Assembly: GCA_964516975.1 (NCBI GenBank)
Contig: CAZFAS010000001.1
Span: 18,823-82,822, forward strand
Length of the DNA: 64,000 nucleotides
Source of the DNA: an uncultured Candidatus Saccharibacteria bacterium
GTDB lineage: Bacteria; Patescibacteriota; Minisyncoccia; Phycocordibacterales; Zambryskibacteraceae
Direction of reading: 5' to 3'
The translations under genes and the position numbers were made by a program. Positions 30,413-38,791 of the stretch are shown here, in pieces; the stretch's first letter is position 1; each line of letters starts with the position of its first letter. The notes under the pieces are model-generated. The model did no database searches. It worked only from the letters and a program-made list of their open reading frames with translations, and was not told where the DNA came from.

Positions 30413-31693
30413 GTGACTAGTCAAGATTTCCAAAAAACAGAGCTTCCGGAAACTCCCGGTGTATATTTCTTTCGGAAGGGGAAGGAAATTCTTTATGTAG
30501 GAAAAGCAACTTCTCTCAAAGATAGGGTTCGAAGTTATTTTTCTCGAGACCTTATCAACACTCGGGGTCCTTTTATTGTCAGTATGGTTGAAGAAGCAGA
30601 AAGTATAACGTATGAGCAATCAGACTCTGTGCTTGAAGCACTGATCATGGAAGCTCAGTTCATAAAGAAACTTCAACCAAAATATAATTCACGCGAAAAA
30701 GACGATAAAAGTTATAATTATGTTGTCATTACTGATGAAAAATGGCCACGAGTGCTCGCAGTACGCGGGAGGAATGCACTTCAGAAGTCACTTTCATATA
30801 CAGTGAAAGAAAGCTTCGGCCCATTTCCACAAGGTACGCAACTCAAACTTGCACTTAAAATAATAAGGAGGATTTTTCCATATCGAGATGAAAAATGTAC
30901 ACCTCTTGAGATTCAGAAAGAGGCAAAATCATTTCGATTACCGAAGGCATGCTTTAATCGTCAGATTGGGTTATGCCCTGGTGTGTGCACAGGAGATATA
31001 ACTGCTACAGATTACAAAAAAACAATTCGACATATTACGCTTTTTTTTGAAGGCAAGAAAACAAAGCTCATAACAGAACTTGAAAAAGAAATGAAACTTG
31101 CCGCAAAGCAAAAGAAGTTCGAATTAGCCCAAGATATAAAAGGTAAGATCTTTGCACTTGGACATATTCAAGATGTATCCCTCATTAAAGAAGAGGTAGC
31201 ACAAAGAGAGCTTATTAAACACGATAGTGTGTATCGCATAGAAGCGTATGATATAGCGCATTTATCTGGAAGAAATACAGTGGGTGTGATGGTTGTAATG
31301 CAAAATGGGGAGTTTGAAAAAAATGAATATAGAAAATTTAAAATTCGGGGTAAAGGCGGAAAAGTAACGGTTGATGATACAAAAAATCTAAGAGAAGTGC
31401 TTGAAAGAAGACTTGGTCATGCTGAATGGAAATTGCCAAATCTTATCGTAATAGATGGTGGTGTCGCTCAGTATAATCTCGCGCACGAGGTGCTAAAGGA
31501 AAGAGGTTTTAATATTGAAATTGTGAGCGTTGTAAAAGATGATAAACATAAAGCAAGAGAAATACTTGGTAAAAAAGGGAAGATCCATGCTCATGAAAGA
31601 GAAATATTGCAAATCAATCTAGAAGCACATCGATTTGCTATTGCGTACCATAAAAATCTTAGAAAATTTCCTTTTCGGATACCAAAAAAATAG
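30413..31693 (+). CDS. uvrC: Excinuclease ABC subunit C (short form, no HhH tail)
   Basis: GIY-YIG (PGVYFF, LYVGKA, PKYN), UVR domain, RIEAYDIAH, IDGG, EAHRFAI; GTG start inferred. Confidence 0.95.
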   Translation: MTSQDFQKTELPETPGVYFFRKGKEILYVGKATSLKDRVRSYFSRDLINTRGPFIVSMVEEAESITYEQSDSVLEALIMEAQFIKKLQPKYNSREKDDKSYNYVVITDEKWPRVLAVRGRNALQKSLSYTVKESFGPFPQGTQLKLALKIIRRIFPYRDEKCTPLEIQKEAKSFRLPKACFNRQIGLCPGVCTGDITATDYKKTIRHITLFFEGKKTKLITELEKEMKLAAKQKKFELAQDIKGKIFALGHIQDVSLIKEEVAQRELIKHDSVYRIEAYDIAHLSGRNTVGVMVVMQNGEFEKNEYRKFKIRGKGGKVTVDDTKNLREVLERRLGHAEWKLPNLIVIDGGVAQYNLAHEVLKERGFNIEIVSVVKDDKHKAREILGKKGKIHAHEREILQINLEAHRFAIAYHKNLRKFPFRIPKK

Positions 31694-31816
31694 TAGCGAA
31701 CCACATATTCCCTGTGATGTGGTCTGCAGAGCCGTTCATCGTTTCGATGAACGGCTCTTTCCATTTATATAAAAATTAAAATTTGCTATATTTTTAGAAA
31801 TGTTGTGTAACGTGAT

Positions 31817-31860
31817 TGTGGATAACTTTTTGTTGACAGGAAATATGTATATGCTACATT
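31817..31860 (+). promoter_or_regulatory. Perfect DnaA box plus sigma70 promoter driving a non-coding transcript
   Basis: TGTGGATAA 31817-31825; TTGACA 31833-31838, N16, extended TG, TACATT 31855-31860. Confidence 0.7.
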
Positions 31861-31866
31861 AGTCTC

Positions 31867-32421
31867 TACCTCAAGAGCACCGCAAGGTACTCGAAAGGTA
31901 ACCGGTAGTACCTTCAAATTCCCTAATGCTTCAAGCGTTCCCAGACTAGTCCCCTCAAAAGGACAATCCGGAATTGCATCCGAAGCCTAGGGTTGGCTCA
32001 CAGTGAGCCAGTTAGTAGGGGTGAAAATCCTCTACAAACAAAATGGTTCGTAAAACCAAATTATGTTGCGAGTCGAAAGACAACCAACACAAAATGGCGA
32101 TACTACCTCTGGTAGTATCACGATAGTTCGTACCGTGATGGCGACCCAAAAAGTCGTCGAATGGGATCAAAATATCCTGACACAGGCCAAGCGACCTCAA
32201 AAATCGCAAAGCACTGATCAAGACCAAAGATTACCCAGCCATGGTATGGGTCATGTACGCGCTGCCTCACTCGAAAGAGAACGGCAAGCCGGCACGCTCC
32301 CTTGGAGCGAAGTGCACACGCACTGACCACGCAGTGGGGCTCCACTGCAGTGACTAGCTTTTCCAAGGAAAAGCACCATATCTGTAACGGCCTGTCATCC
32401 TTGCGATGGCAGGCCGTTTTC
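31867..32421 (+). ncRNA. Candidate large structured non-coding RNA of unknown family
   Basis: About 18 consecutive hairpins, GNRA tetraloops, own promoter, terminator at 32386-32421, no convincing ORF. Confidence 0.65.
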
Positions 32422-32453
32422 TCATTGAGAATTGAGTGTATAATAAAGTCACT

Positions 32454-33437
32454 ATGTCACTTGGAATTTCACATCCAGGAAAAATTCGAGTTGGAGTTCT
32501 CCGTGGTGGGAGATCTCATGAATACAGCGTCTCTATGCAGACGGGCTTACATGTCTTGAAAAACTTACCTGAAAAGTATGTCCCGATAGATATTTATATT
32601 TCAAAGGAAGGTGTATGGCATGTCGGTGGTCTTGAAAGAAATCCAACAAAAGCACTTGAACAGGTTGATGTGGTCTGGAATGCATTGCATGGTAAATATG
32701 GCGAGGACGGCAAGGTGCAAACTATTTTAGACACTCTTAAGAAACCATATACAGGCTCTCGAGCGCTCGCGAGCAGTATGGGAATGCATAAAGGCTTTTC
32801 AAAGGCCGCGTTTTCAATGTTTGGATTACAAACACCACATCATATAATCCTGAGTCCGAAGGATAATGTAAGGAAGAATTTGATTGAAATATTCCAATCA
32901 TTTCCACAGCCGTCAATTGTTAAACCAGTCGATGGGGGATCATCAATCGCTGTTACGGTGACGTATGATTTTTCTTCATTTGAAAGAGCAGTTGAATTAG
33001 CTTTTCGGCATTCTGGTTCGGTAGTTGTTGAGGAGTACATAAAAGGACGTGAGGCAACATGTGGTGTTATAGAAGGGACTGATAATAAGTCGATATTTGC
33101 ACTTATACCAGTTGAATTAGTTCCAGACGAGTCGAAACTTTTTTTTGATTATCAAGCAAAGCACGGCAATGGTGGAAGTATGGTATGCCCGAGTACTTTT
33201 TCAGAAGATATCAAACAAGAAATTCAAAATTTAGCAATTGAGGCCCATAGAGCACTTGGATTGCGTCACTATTCAAGATCAGATTTTATCGTGTCACCAC
33301 AACGTGGAATCTTTTTACTTGAAGCGAATTCGTTACCAGGATTGGCGCAAGGTTCTTTGTTTCCAGTTTCTCTTGAGGCAAGCGGACTTACTCTTTCAGA
33401 TTTTCTTGATCATGTCTTAACATTAACTATAAAATAA
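32454..33437 (+). CDS. ddl: D-alanine--D-alanine ligase
   Basis: GGRSHEYSVS, LHGKYGEDG, VKPVDGGSS, EEYIKGRE, RSDF, EANSLPG. Confidence 0.95.
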   Translation: MSLGISHPGKIRVGVLRGGRSHEYSVSMQTGLHVLKNLPEKYVPIDIYISKEGVWHVGGLERNPTKALEQVDVVWNALHGKYGEDGKVQTILDTLKKPYTGSRALASSMGMHKGFSKAAFSMFGLQTPHHIILSPKDNVRKNLIEIFQSFPQPSIVKPVDGGSSIAVTVTYDFSSFERAVELAFRHSGSVVVEEYIKGREATCGVIEGTDNKSIFALIPVELVPDESKLFFDYQAKHGNGGSMVCPSTFSEDIKQEIQNLAIEAHRALGLRHYSRSDFIVSPQRGIFLLEANSLPGLAQGSLFPVSLEASGLTLSDFLDHVLTLTIK

Positions 33438-33493
33438 GGCTAATTAGAGCCATATTGTGATTATTGAAAGAAGTGTTATGATTAGTGTTACGT

Positions 33494-34486
33494 ATGAAAT
33501 TTCCAGTAATTATTCGACAGAGTCCTCTTGTACTTATACAAAGAATAATTGGAGTTGATTTTGTATTCTCTTTCTTTCTATTTTTTGTTTCTTTTTTGAC
33601 AAACTATCAGGCTTTGTATCAGGAGACACTCGGACATCTTTTTAAGCGATATGATATTTTCCTTTTCTTGTTCGCGTCTGTAAGTCAGCTCGCTATCACG
33701 CTCATTGTTTTCTTTTTTTGGCAAAATGAAGAATATAGAATTAAGGAAAAAGAATTACTTTTTCGTGGCGGATTTTTTTCAAGCAAAGAGCATTCAATAC
33801 TATTAAAGAATGTTACTGCAGTTGAATACAAGAAAAGCCTACTTGAGATGTTGCTTTCATATGGAACTATAGTCGTGCACTATGTTGGGTCTGCAAAGCC
33901 TTTTTATATTAGAAGTGTAGAAACTGCCGAAATTTACGCAAATATTATTAAAGATGCAGTAGATCGGTCACTTTCACGAAAACCCGAAGAAAGTAAAAAG
34001 ATGCCAATATTGGATTTAGTTCTTGAAGGGGAGAGTTCAAAACTAGAGCTCAAACAGACCTTTCGTTGGGATGTAAAGCTTAAAGATACCAATAAGGCAC
34101 TTGAAAAAGCTGTTATAAAAACGGTCGCCGCTTTTCTCAATTCTGATGGAGGAAACTTAATTATTGGTGTCGATGATAGTGGAAGTATTTACGGTCTTGA
34201 GGATGACTATAATTCACTTGTGAGAAAAGATAGGGATGGATTTGAAAATCATTTCAATCAAGTGATTAAAAATATGATAGGGGCAGAATTCCGAAGGTAC
34301 ATAGATTTGAGTTTTGAGAAAATTGAGGATAAGGATGTCTGTCTTGTGAGTGTTTCGCCATCTCCTAAGCCTGTATATGTAACTGTAAATGGTGATGAAG
34401 AATTCTTTATTCGTACGGGTAATACTACAAGTCCTCTAAAAGTAAGTGAAGTGAATTCTTATATTGAAACTCGTTGGCAAAAATAG
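33494..34486 (+). CDS. Membrane protein fusing a bacterial PH (bPH_2) domain to an AlbA_2/Schlafen-like domain
   Basis: Two TM helices; EYRI..LLFRGG..YGTIVV (bPH_2-like); GESSKLELK, AAFLNSDGGNLIIGVDD, FFIRTGNTT (AlbA_2). Confidence 0.85.
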   Translation: MKFPVIIRQSPLVLIQRIIGVDFVFSFFLFFVSFLTNYQALYQETLGHLFKRYDIFLFLFASVSQLAITLIVFFFWQNEEYRIKEKELLFRGGFFSSKEHSILLKNVTAVEYKKSLLEMLLSYGTIVVHYVGSAKPFYIRSVETAEIYANIIKDAVDRSLSRKPEESKKMPILDLVLEGESSKLELKQTFRWDVKLKDTNKALEKAVIKTVAAFLNSDGGNLIIGVDDSGSIYGLEDDYNSLVRKDRDGFENHFNQVIKNMIGAEFRRYIDLSFEKIEDKDVCLVSVSPSPKPVYVTVNGDEEFFIRTGNTTSPLKVSEVNSYIETRWQK

Positions 34487-34516
34487 AAACTCCGCACCTT
34501 GTGGTGCGGAGTTTTC

Positions 34517-34738
34517 CTAACGGAACTGCTCATAGTCCGGATGACCAGAGCAATGTCCAACATACCGAATCATGGGGATTATACCGAACTTTTTTCTGAG
34601 CATCTCTGTACCTTTGAGGCAAAGAAACGGTCCTCCATTTTCCGATATGAATTCTGGGTCATAGCTGACATGAAGAAAGGGACATTGTACTTCCTTCCCA
34701 TGCATACACGTGTGGCCTTCATGATCTCTGGGAAACAT
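34517..34738 (-). CDS. Small Cys/His-rich orphan protein
   Basis: AAAGGA SD before MFPRD; promoter TTGACT-N16-TATTCT at 34793-34766; hairpin ~34487-34516. Confidence 0.5.
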   Translation of the reverse strand: MFPRDHEGHTCMHGKEVQCPFLHVSYDPEFISENGGPFLCLKGTEMLRKKFGIIPMIRYVGHCSGHPDYEQFR

Positions 34739-34832
34739 GGTTGTCCTTTCAAGGGTTCTCATACAAGAATAGTGTTTTCACTATTTTAGTCAAATTAAAA
34801 CCCCCGCCTAAGGGCGGGGGGTTTTAATAGCT

Positions 34833-35087
34833 TTATGAGAGATGCTTTGAAACAAGTTTTGTCATTTCAAACATATTTACCGTAGCCTTTCCTCCAAACA
34901 CCTTCTTGAGAGTCTCATCAGCATTGATGTTTCTCTTATTCTTAGCGTCTTGAAGATTGTTACTCTTAATATATACCCACAATTTCTTCACAACTTCTGA
35001 TCGAGGCATAGGACCTGCTCCCACAACTGCTGCGAGATCAGAGCTTATGTTCATCGGCTTCATAAATGCTGAATTAGGTTTTGCCAT
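34833..35087 (-). CDS. Stand-alone SWIB/MDM2 domain protein
   Basis: LAAVVG...RSEVVKKLWVYIKSNNLQD..NKRNINAD..L..VF...MFEMTKLVSKHL. Confidence 0.95.
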   Translation of the reverse strand: MAKPNSAFMKPMNISSDLAAVVGAGPMPRSEVVKKLWVYIKSNNLQDAKNKRNINADETLKKVFGGKATVNMFEMTKLVSKHLS

Positions 35088-35197
35088 TGTTTTCTTTTAT
35101 GCCACACCATGCGGTATAGCGGATTAATACTAAACTGACCTATATATACTGGCCTATAAGGGGAATTCTTGCAAGTACCCCTATGGGGAGGGGGAAA

Positions 35198-35560
35198 GTC
35201 TTTGTAATCGCGGCTTGGTATCGTGAATGACTATTCACGATATACCTGCGCGCTTCACACAAGCACAAAATCTCTTGCAGAGCAGGTGTTTGTGGTCACG
35301 AATAACCCGTAGCTCGACAGCTACGGGTTTTCTCGACCCCGCCTCGTCTGTTTTGTGTACTCACAAAACATGACTGCGGCTTCCACAAACGCACAAAATC
35401 CCGCGCAGGGGTATGTCTTTGTGGTCAGGAATAATTTTGATTTCGTCAAATCAAAATTTTCACGACCCTGACTCGGCTGTCCCGCTTACTAGCGGGACAT
35501 GCCTCCGTCTTCCACAGCATCAAAAAAACCTGCCGCAGGGCAGGTGTTTTTTGTATGCTG
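35198..35560 (-). repeat. Tandem structured repeats (two full ~129 nt units plus one partial) downstream of tRNA-Ala
   Basis: Units at 35289-35389 and 35418-35516 share scaffold and loop sequence but have different, fully complementary stems. Confidence 0.8.
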
Positions 35561-35633
35561 TGGACCCTACCGGATTCGAACCGGTGACCTCCTCATTGCA
35601 AATGAGGCGCTCTACCAACTAAGCTAAGGGCCC
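35561..35633 (-). tRNA. tRNA-Ala(TGC), CCA not encoded
   Basis: GGGCCCTTAGCTTAGTTGGTAGAGCGCCTCATTTGCAATGAGGAGGTCACCGGTTCGAATCCGGTAGGGTCCA; G3:U70 identity pair. Confidence 0.97.
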
Positions 35634-35756
35634 AAAAAAATGCAGAAAACTTGAACTAAACAAGTATAGTCAACAAGGGCTCAAAAATCAAGAAATAGGC
35701 TCTGAGATACCCACAATTCTACTACAGGAAAAGCTTTGGTGGTGTATACTATACCC

Positions 35757-36185
35757 ATGTCTACAGATTATACTCACGCGCGTTCAGCACCTGTTATTGT
35801 CATTTTTGTCAAATACAGGGAAAAATTTTTATTAGTAAAGAGAAGTCCAAAGATGTTGACCTATCAGGGCTTATGGTCATGTCTTGCAGGTTTTGTTGAT
35901 GATGAGAAGACGATGGAAGAAAAAGTTATTTTTGAAATTGAGGAGGAACTCGGTCTTAAGGCATCAGATGTTAAGGAAATTAAGAAGGGTGATACTTATC
36001 TCTTTGTTGACAATGATTTGAATCGTGAATGGATAAGACATATATATTTAGTAGAAATTATGAACCCAAATGTAAAGCTTTCGTGGGAGCATACTGAGCT
36101 TGTGTGGGTAACTCCGGAAGAAGCAAAAACCTACGAATCAACTCCTGGTTTTAAAGAGGATTTAGATAAGATATTAAAGATGTAG
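35757..36185 (+). CDS. NUDIX hydrolase
   Basis: LLVKRS, WSCLAGFVD...EIEEELG, LSWEHTELVWV. Confidence 0.88.
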   Translation: MSTDYTHARSAPVIVIFVKYREKFLLVKRSPKMLTYQGLWSCLAGFVDDEKTMEEKVIFEIEEELGLKASDVKEIKKGDTYLFVDNDLNREWIRHIYLVEIMNPNVKLSWEHTELVWVTPEEAKTYESTPGFKEDLDKILKM

Positions 36186-36194
36186 TTTATTTGC

Positions 36195-37448
36195 ATGAAA
36201 TTCTCTTACGGTTCTAGTTCTACTTCGCATCAAAATATATCTTCAGACTTACATTCTGAATTAATTTCAAAGTCGCTCGAACTCAAAAAACATGCTACAT
36301 GTACAGATTTTTCACATCCTGAGGATTTTATTTCTCTGGTAAGTGGTGGAACAGATGTTGCTTTAGCTGAAGAAATAATAAGTAAGCTCGGATCAAGTGT
36401 ACGATGGGTATTTGTTGTTGGAATTGGAGGTACTAATCTAGGTGCTGAAGCAGTATATGAAGCACTGAAGTTAACTCGAGACACGCAGTATCCGGAAGCA
36501 ATATTCTTTGATGCAATAGACGATCTGCAGATGGATGCTTTTCAAACAACTCTTGGAAAAATAGAATCAAAAGATTTATTTGTTCTCCTTATTATCAGTA
36601 AATCTGGGGAAACGCTTGAGACTTTGGCAAATGCACACATTGTAAGTAAAAAACTTGAAGAAAAATTCGGATCAATCGCAGAGAGAACTGTTGTTCTTAC
36701 GAAAGAAGGTTCACCATTGTGGAACGAAGTAGCCCCACAGACAAATAAAGTCCCTCTGAGAGATTCGATTTCTGATCGCTACTCAGTTTTTAGTGTTATC
36801 GGGCTTTTACCGTTAGGACTTCTTGGCTTCAATATTGAGCTATTCGTCTCAGGCGCAAAGAATGTGCTGACTGATTTTAGTAGCAATGAATCAAATCATG
36901 TTATCGATTCATCAGAGTTCGTGCAAAATCAATACATGCTTGGCAAAACAATTCGAGACTATTTCTTTTTTGTTCCCGAACTAGAAGTCTTAGGAAAATG
37001 GAATCGGCAATTGGTTGCGGAGAGTTTGGGTAAGGATGGCGAGGGGATACTACCCACAGTATCGATTGGCACCACAGATCTTCATTCTATGGCCCAACTG
37101 TATTTCGCTGGAAATACAAATAGGATGACCACATTTGTAGTTGTACATACAATGAATTCAAATCCTATTTCAAACACTGAGGTTATCCAAGGTGACGGTC
37201 TCGATGGTAAGAATACGGAGGTCATAGTCGATACAATTTACGAAAGCGTGAAGCGATCTTACGTAGAACATGATCTTGTATTTCAAGAAATTGCACTCGA
37301 TGGAATAAACGAGGATGCGATTGGTGAGTATATGATGAGTATGATGCTTGAAACAGTTATGGTTGCCTATGTGTGGGGTGTGAATGCATTTAACCAGCCC
37401 GCAGTGGAGGATTATAAAAATCGTGCCCATGAGTCGTTACTTTCGTAG
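36195..37448 (+). CDS. pgi: Glucose-6-phosphate isomerase (divergent)
   Basis: VGIGGTNLG, ISKSGETLET, RYSVFS, QLVAESLGK, DLHSMAQ, AFNQPAVE. Confidence 0.9.
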   Translation: MKFSYGSSSTSHQNISSDLHSELISKSLELKKHATCTDFSHPEDFISLVSGGTDVALAEEIISKLGSSVRWVFVVGIGGTNLGAEAVYEALKLTRDTQYPEAIFFDAIDDLQMDAFQTTLGKIESKDLFVLLIISKSGETLETLANAHIVSKKLEEKFGSIAERTVVLTKEGSPLWNEVAPQTNKVPLRDSISDRYSVFSVIGLLPLGLLGFNIELFVSGAKNVLTDFSSNESNHVIDSSEFVQNQYMLGKTIRDYFFFVPELEVLGKWNRQLVAESLGKDGEGILPTVSIGTTDLHSMAQLYFAGNTNRMTTFVVVHTMNSNPISNTEVIQGDGLDGKNTEVIVDTIYESVKRSYVEHDLVFQEIALDGINEDAIGEYMMSMMLETVMVAYVWGVNAFNQPAVEDYKNRAHESLLS

Positions 37449-37460
37449 TACAATAAGAAC

Positions 37461-38297
37461 ATGAATATTTTATTTGATATTGGTGGCACTCGTACTCGAA
37501 TTGCAAAATCTCATGGTGCAGATTCTTTTGATGAACCTGTAATTTTTGAAACACCAAAAAGTTATACTGAAGGCATTGAACAGATAAAAAAAGTTATACA
37601 AAATATTGCAGGTGAAGAAAAAATCGATCTTGTTGTCGGAGGGTTTGCTGGACCTATCGATCGTAAAACTTCTACTATTATTGCAAGTCCAAATCTTCCT
37701 GATTGGGTAGAGAAGCCTTTGAAAAAGGATTTGGAAGATTTTACTCACAGTGCGGTATATCTAGAGAATGATTCTGCGATGGTAGGGCTAGGTGAAGCAT
37801 TGTATGGATCAGGTAAGGGTTTTCCTATTGTAGTGTATATCACGATAAGTACTGGAGTTGGTGGGGCTAGGATTGTGCATGGGAAAATCGACGAGCGTGT
37901 TATAGGGTTTGAACCTGGTCATCAGATTGTGGACATGGACAATAGTGTATATCCGGATAATGCAGGCCACGATCTGGAGTCTATGATTGGGGGAAGGTGG
38001 GTAGAGGCTCGTATGGGAAAAAAGGCTCACGAAATCACTGATGAGGCGTTTTGGGACACAATAGCTCGAATTTTAGCCGTTGGACTAAATAATACGATTA
38101 TGCACTGGTCTCCCGATGTAGTAGTTTTAGGGGGTTCAATGATGAAAAAGATAGGTGTTCCAATTGTGAGAGTTGAAGCACACCTAAGACAAATGGTAAA
38201 AATATATCCCGTACTTCCACCAATCGTGAAAGCTGAGTTTGAGCATGATGGGGGACTCTATGGCGCATTGGCTTATATAAAAAATTTAAAATCTTAA
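37461..38297 (+). CDS. ROK-family sugar kinase (glucokinase-like)
   Basis: DIGGT, LENDS, TISTGVGG, EPGH, VVLGGS. Confidence 0.92.
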   Translation: MNILFDIGGTRTRIAKSHGADSFDEPVIFETPKSYTEGIEQIKKVIQNIAGEEKIDLVVGGFAGPIDRKTSTIIASPNLPDWVEKPLKKDLEDFTHSAVYLENDSAMVGLGEALYGSGKGFPIVVYITISTGVGGARIVHGKIDERVIGFEPGHQIVDMDNSVYPDNAGHDLESMIGGRWVEARMGKKAHEITDEAFWDTIARILAVGLNNTIMHWSPDVVVLGGSMMKKIGVPIVRVEAHLRQMVKIYPVLPPIVKAEFEHDGGLYGALAYIKNLKS

Positions 38298-38304
38298 AAA
38301 CAGA

Positions 38305-38532
38305 ATGCTAAAAAATTTCTTAATGAGAAAGTTAATAGAATCAAAGATGAAGGATGTTCCGAAAGAGCAACAGGAAATGATTTTCTCAATGCTTGAAAAG
38401 AACCCTGAATTTTTTGAAAAAATTGCCACCGAAATTCAAGCAAAAATTTCTGGTGGAATGGATCAAATGGAAGCAACAATGAAAGTGATGCAAGCTCACG
38501 AAGCAGAACTAAGAGCCATAGCAGGAAAGTAA
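38305..38532 (+). CDS. Small helical hypothetical protein
   Basis: 75 aa, operonic with the ROK kinase, followed by hairpin ~38539-38564. Confidence 0.75.
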   Translation: MLKNFLMRKLIESKMKDVPKEQQEMIFSMLEKNPEFFEKIATEIQAKISGGMDQMEATMKVMQAHEAELRAIAGK

Positions 38533-38563
38533 ATAAAACAAACCGCGCAAAAGCGCGGTTTTA

Positions 38564-38791
38564 TTAAATGTCCATTTGAATCCGTTTACCATCATTACAA
38601 CGAAAAAGCTTTGGGTTATCACCGCCACATTGATTCAAAACTTGACGGACAAAATGTAGTGCTTTTGCATCAGGTTCATTTTGCTCTTCAGCAGTAATTG
38701 AAATTTGAACAGTTTGCAGATCCTCGCTACCGTCGGACTTTTTTATGTCACGGTAAAAGATATACGCAATTCTGTTTACAGTAGGTGGCAT
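38564..38791 (-). CDS. Orphan hypothetical protein
   Basis: GAGG SD; promoter TGGACA-N16-TATATT upstream. Confidence 0.6.
   Translation of the reverse strand: MPPTVNRIAYIFYRDIKKSDGSEDLQTVQISITAEEQNEPDAKALHFVRQVLNQCGGDNPKLFRCNDGKRIQMDI

Noticed and set aside
32012-32366. Short ORFs 32063-32326 (+), 32012-32227 (-) and 32118-32366 (-)
   Set aside because: No SD or recognisable motifs; dense hairpins explain the region better as RNA
31867-32421. RNase P RNA, tmRNA, SRP RNA or self-splicing intron
   Set aside because: Diagnostic conserved sequences were not found by eye, and the region does not interrupt a gene
35198-35560. CRISPR array or hammerhead ribozyme interpretation of the tRNA-linked repeats
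   Set aside because: Variable parts are self-complementary stems rather than spacers; there are no identical direct repeats, no cas genes and no CUGAUGA core
35561-35633. tRNA-Ala as a prophage or island attachment site
   Set aside because: No integrase and no duplicated tRNA 3' end seen in the window
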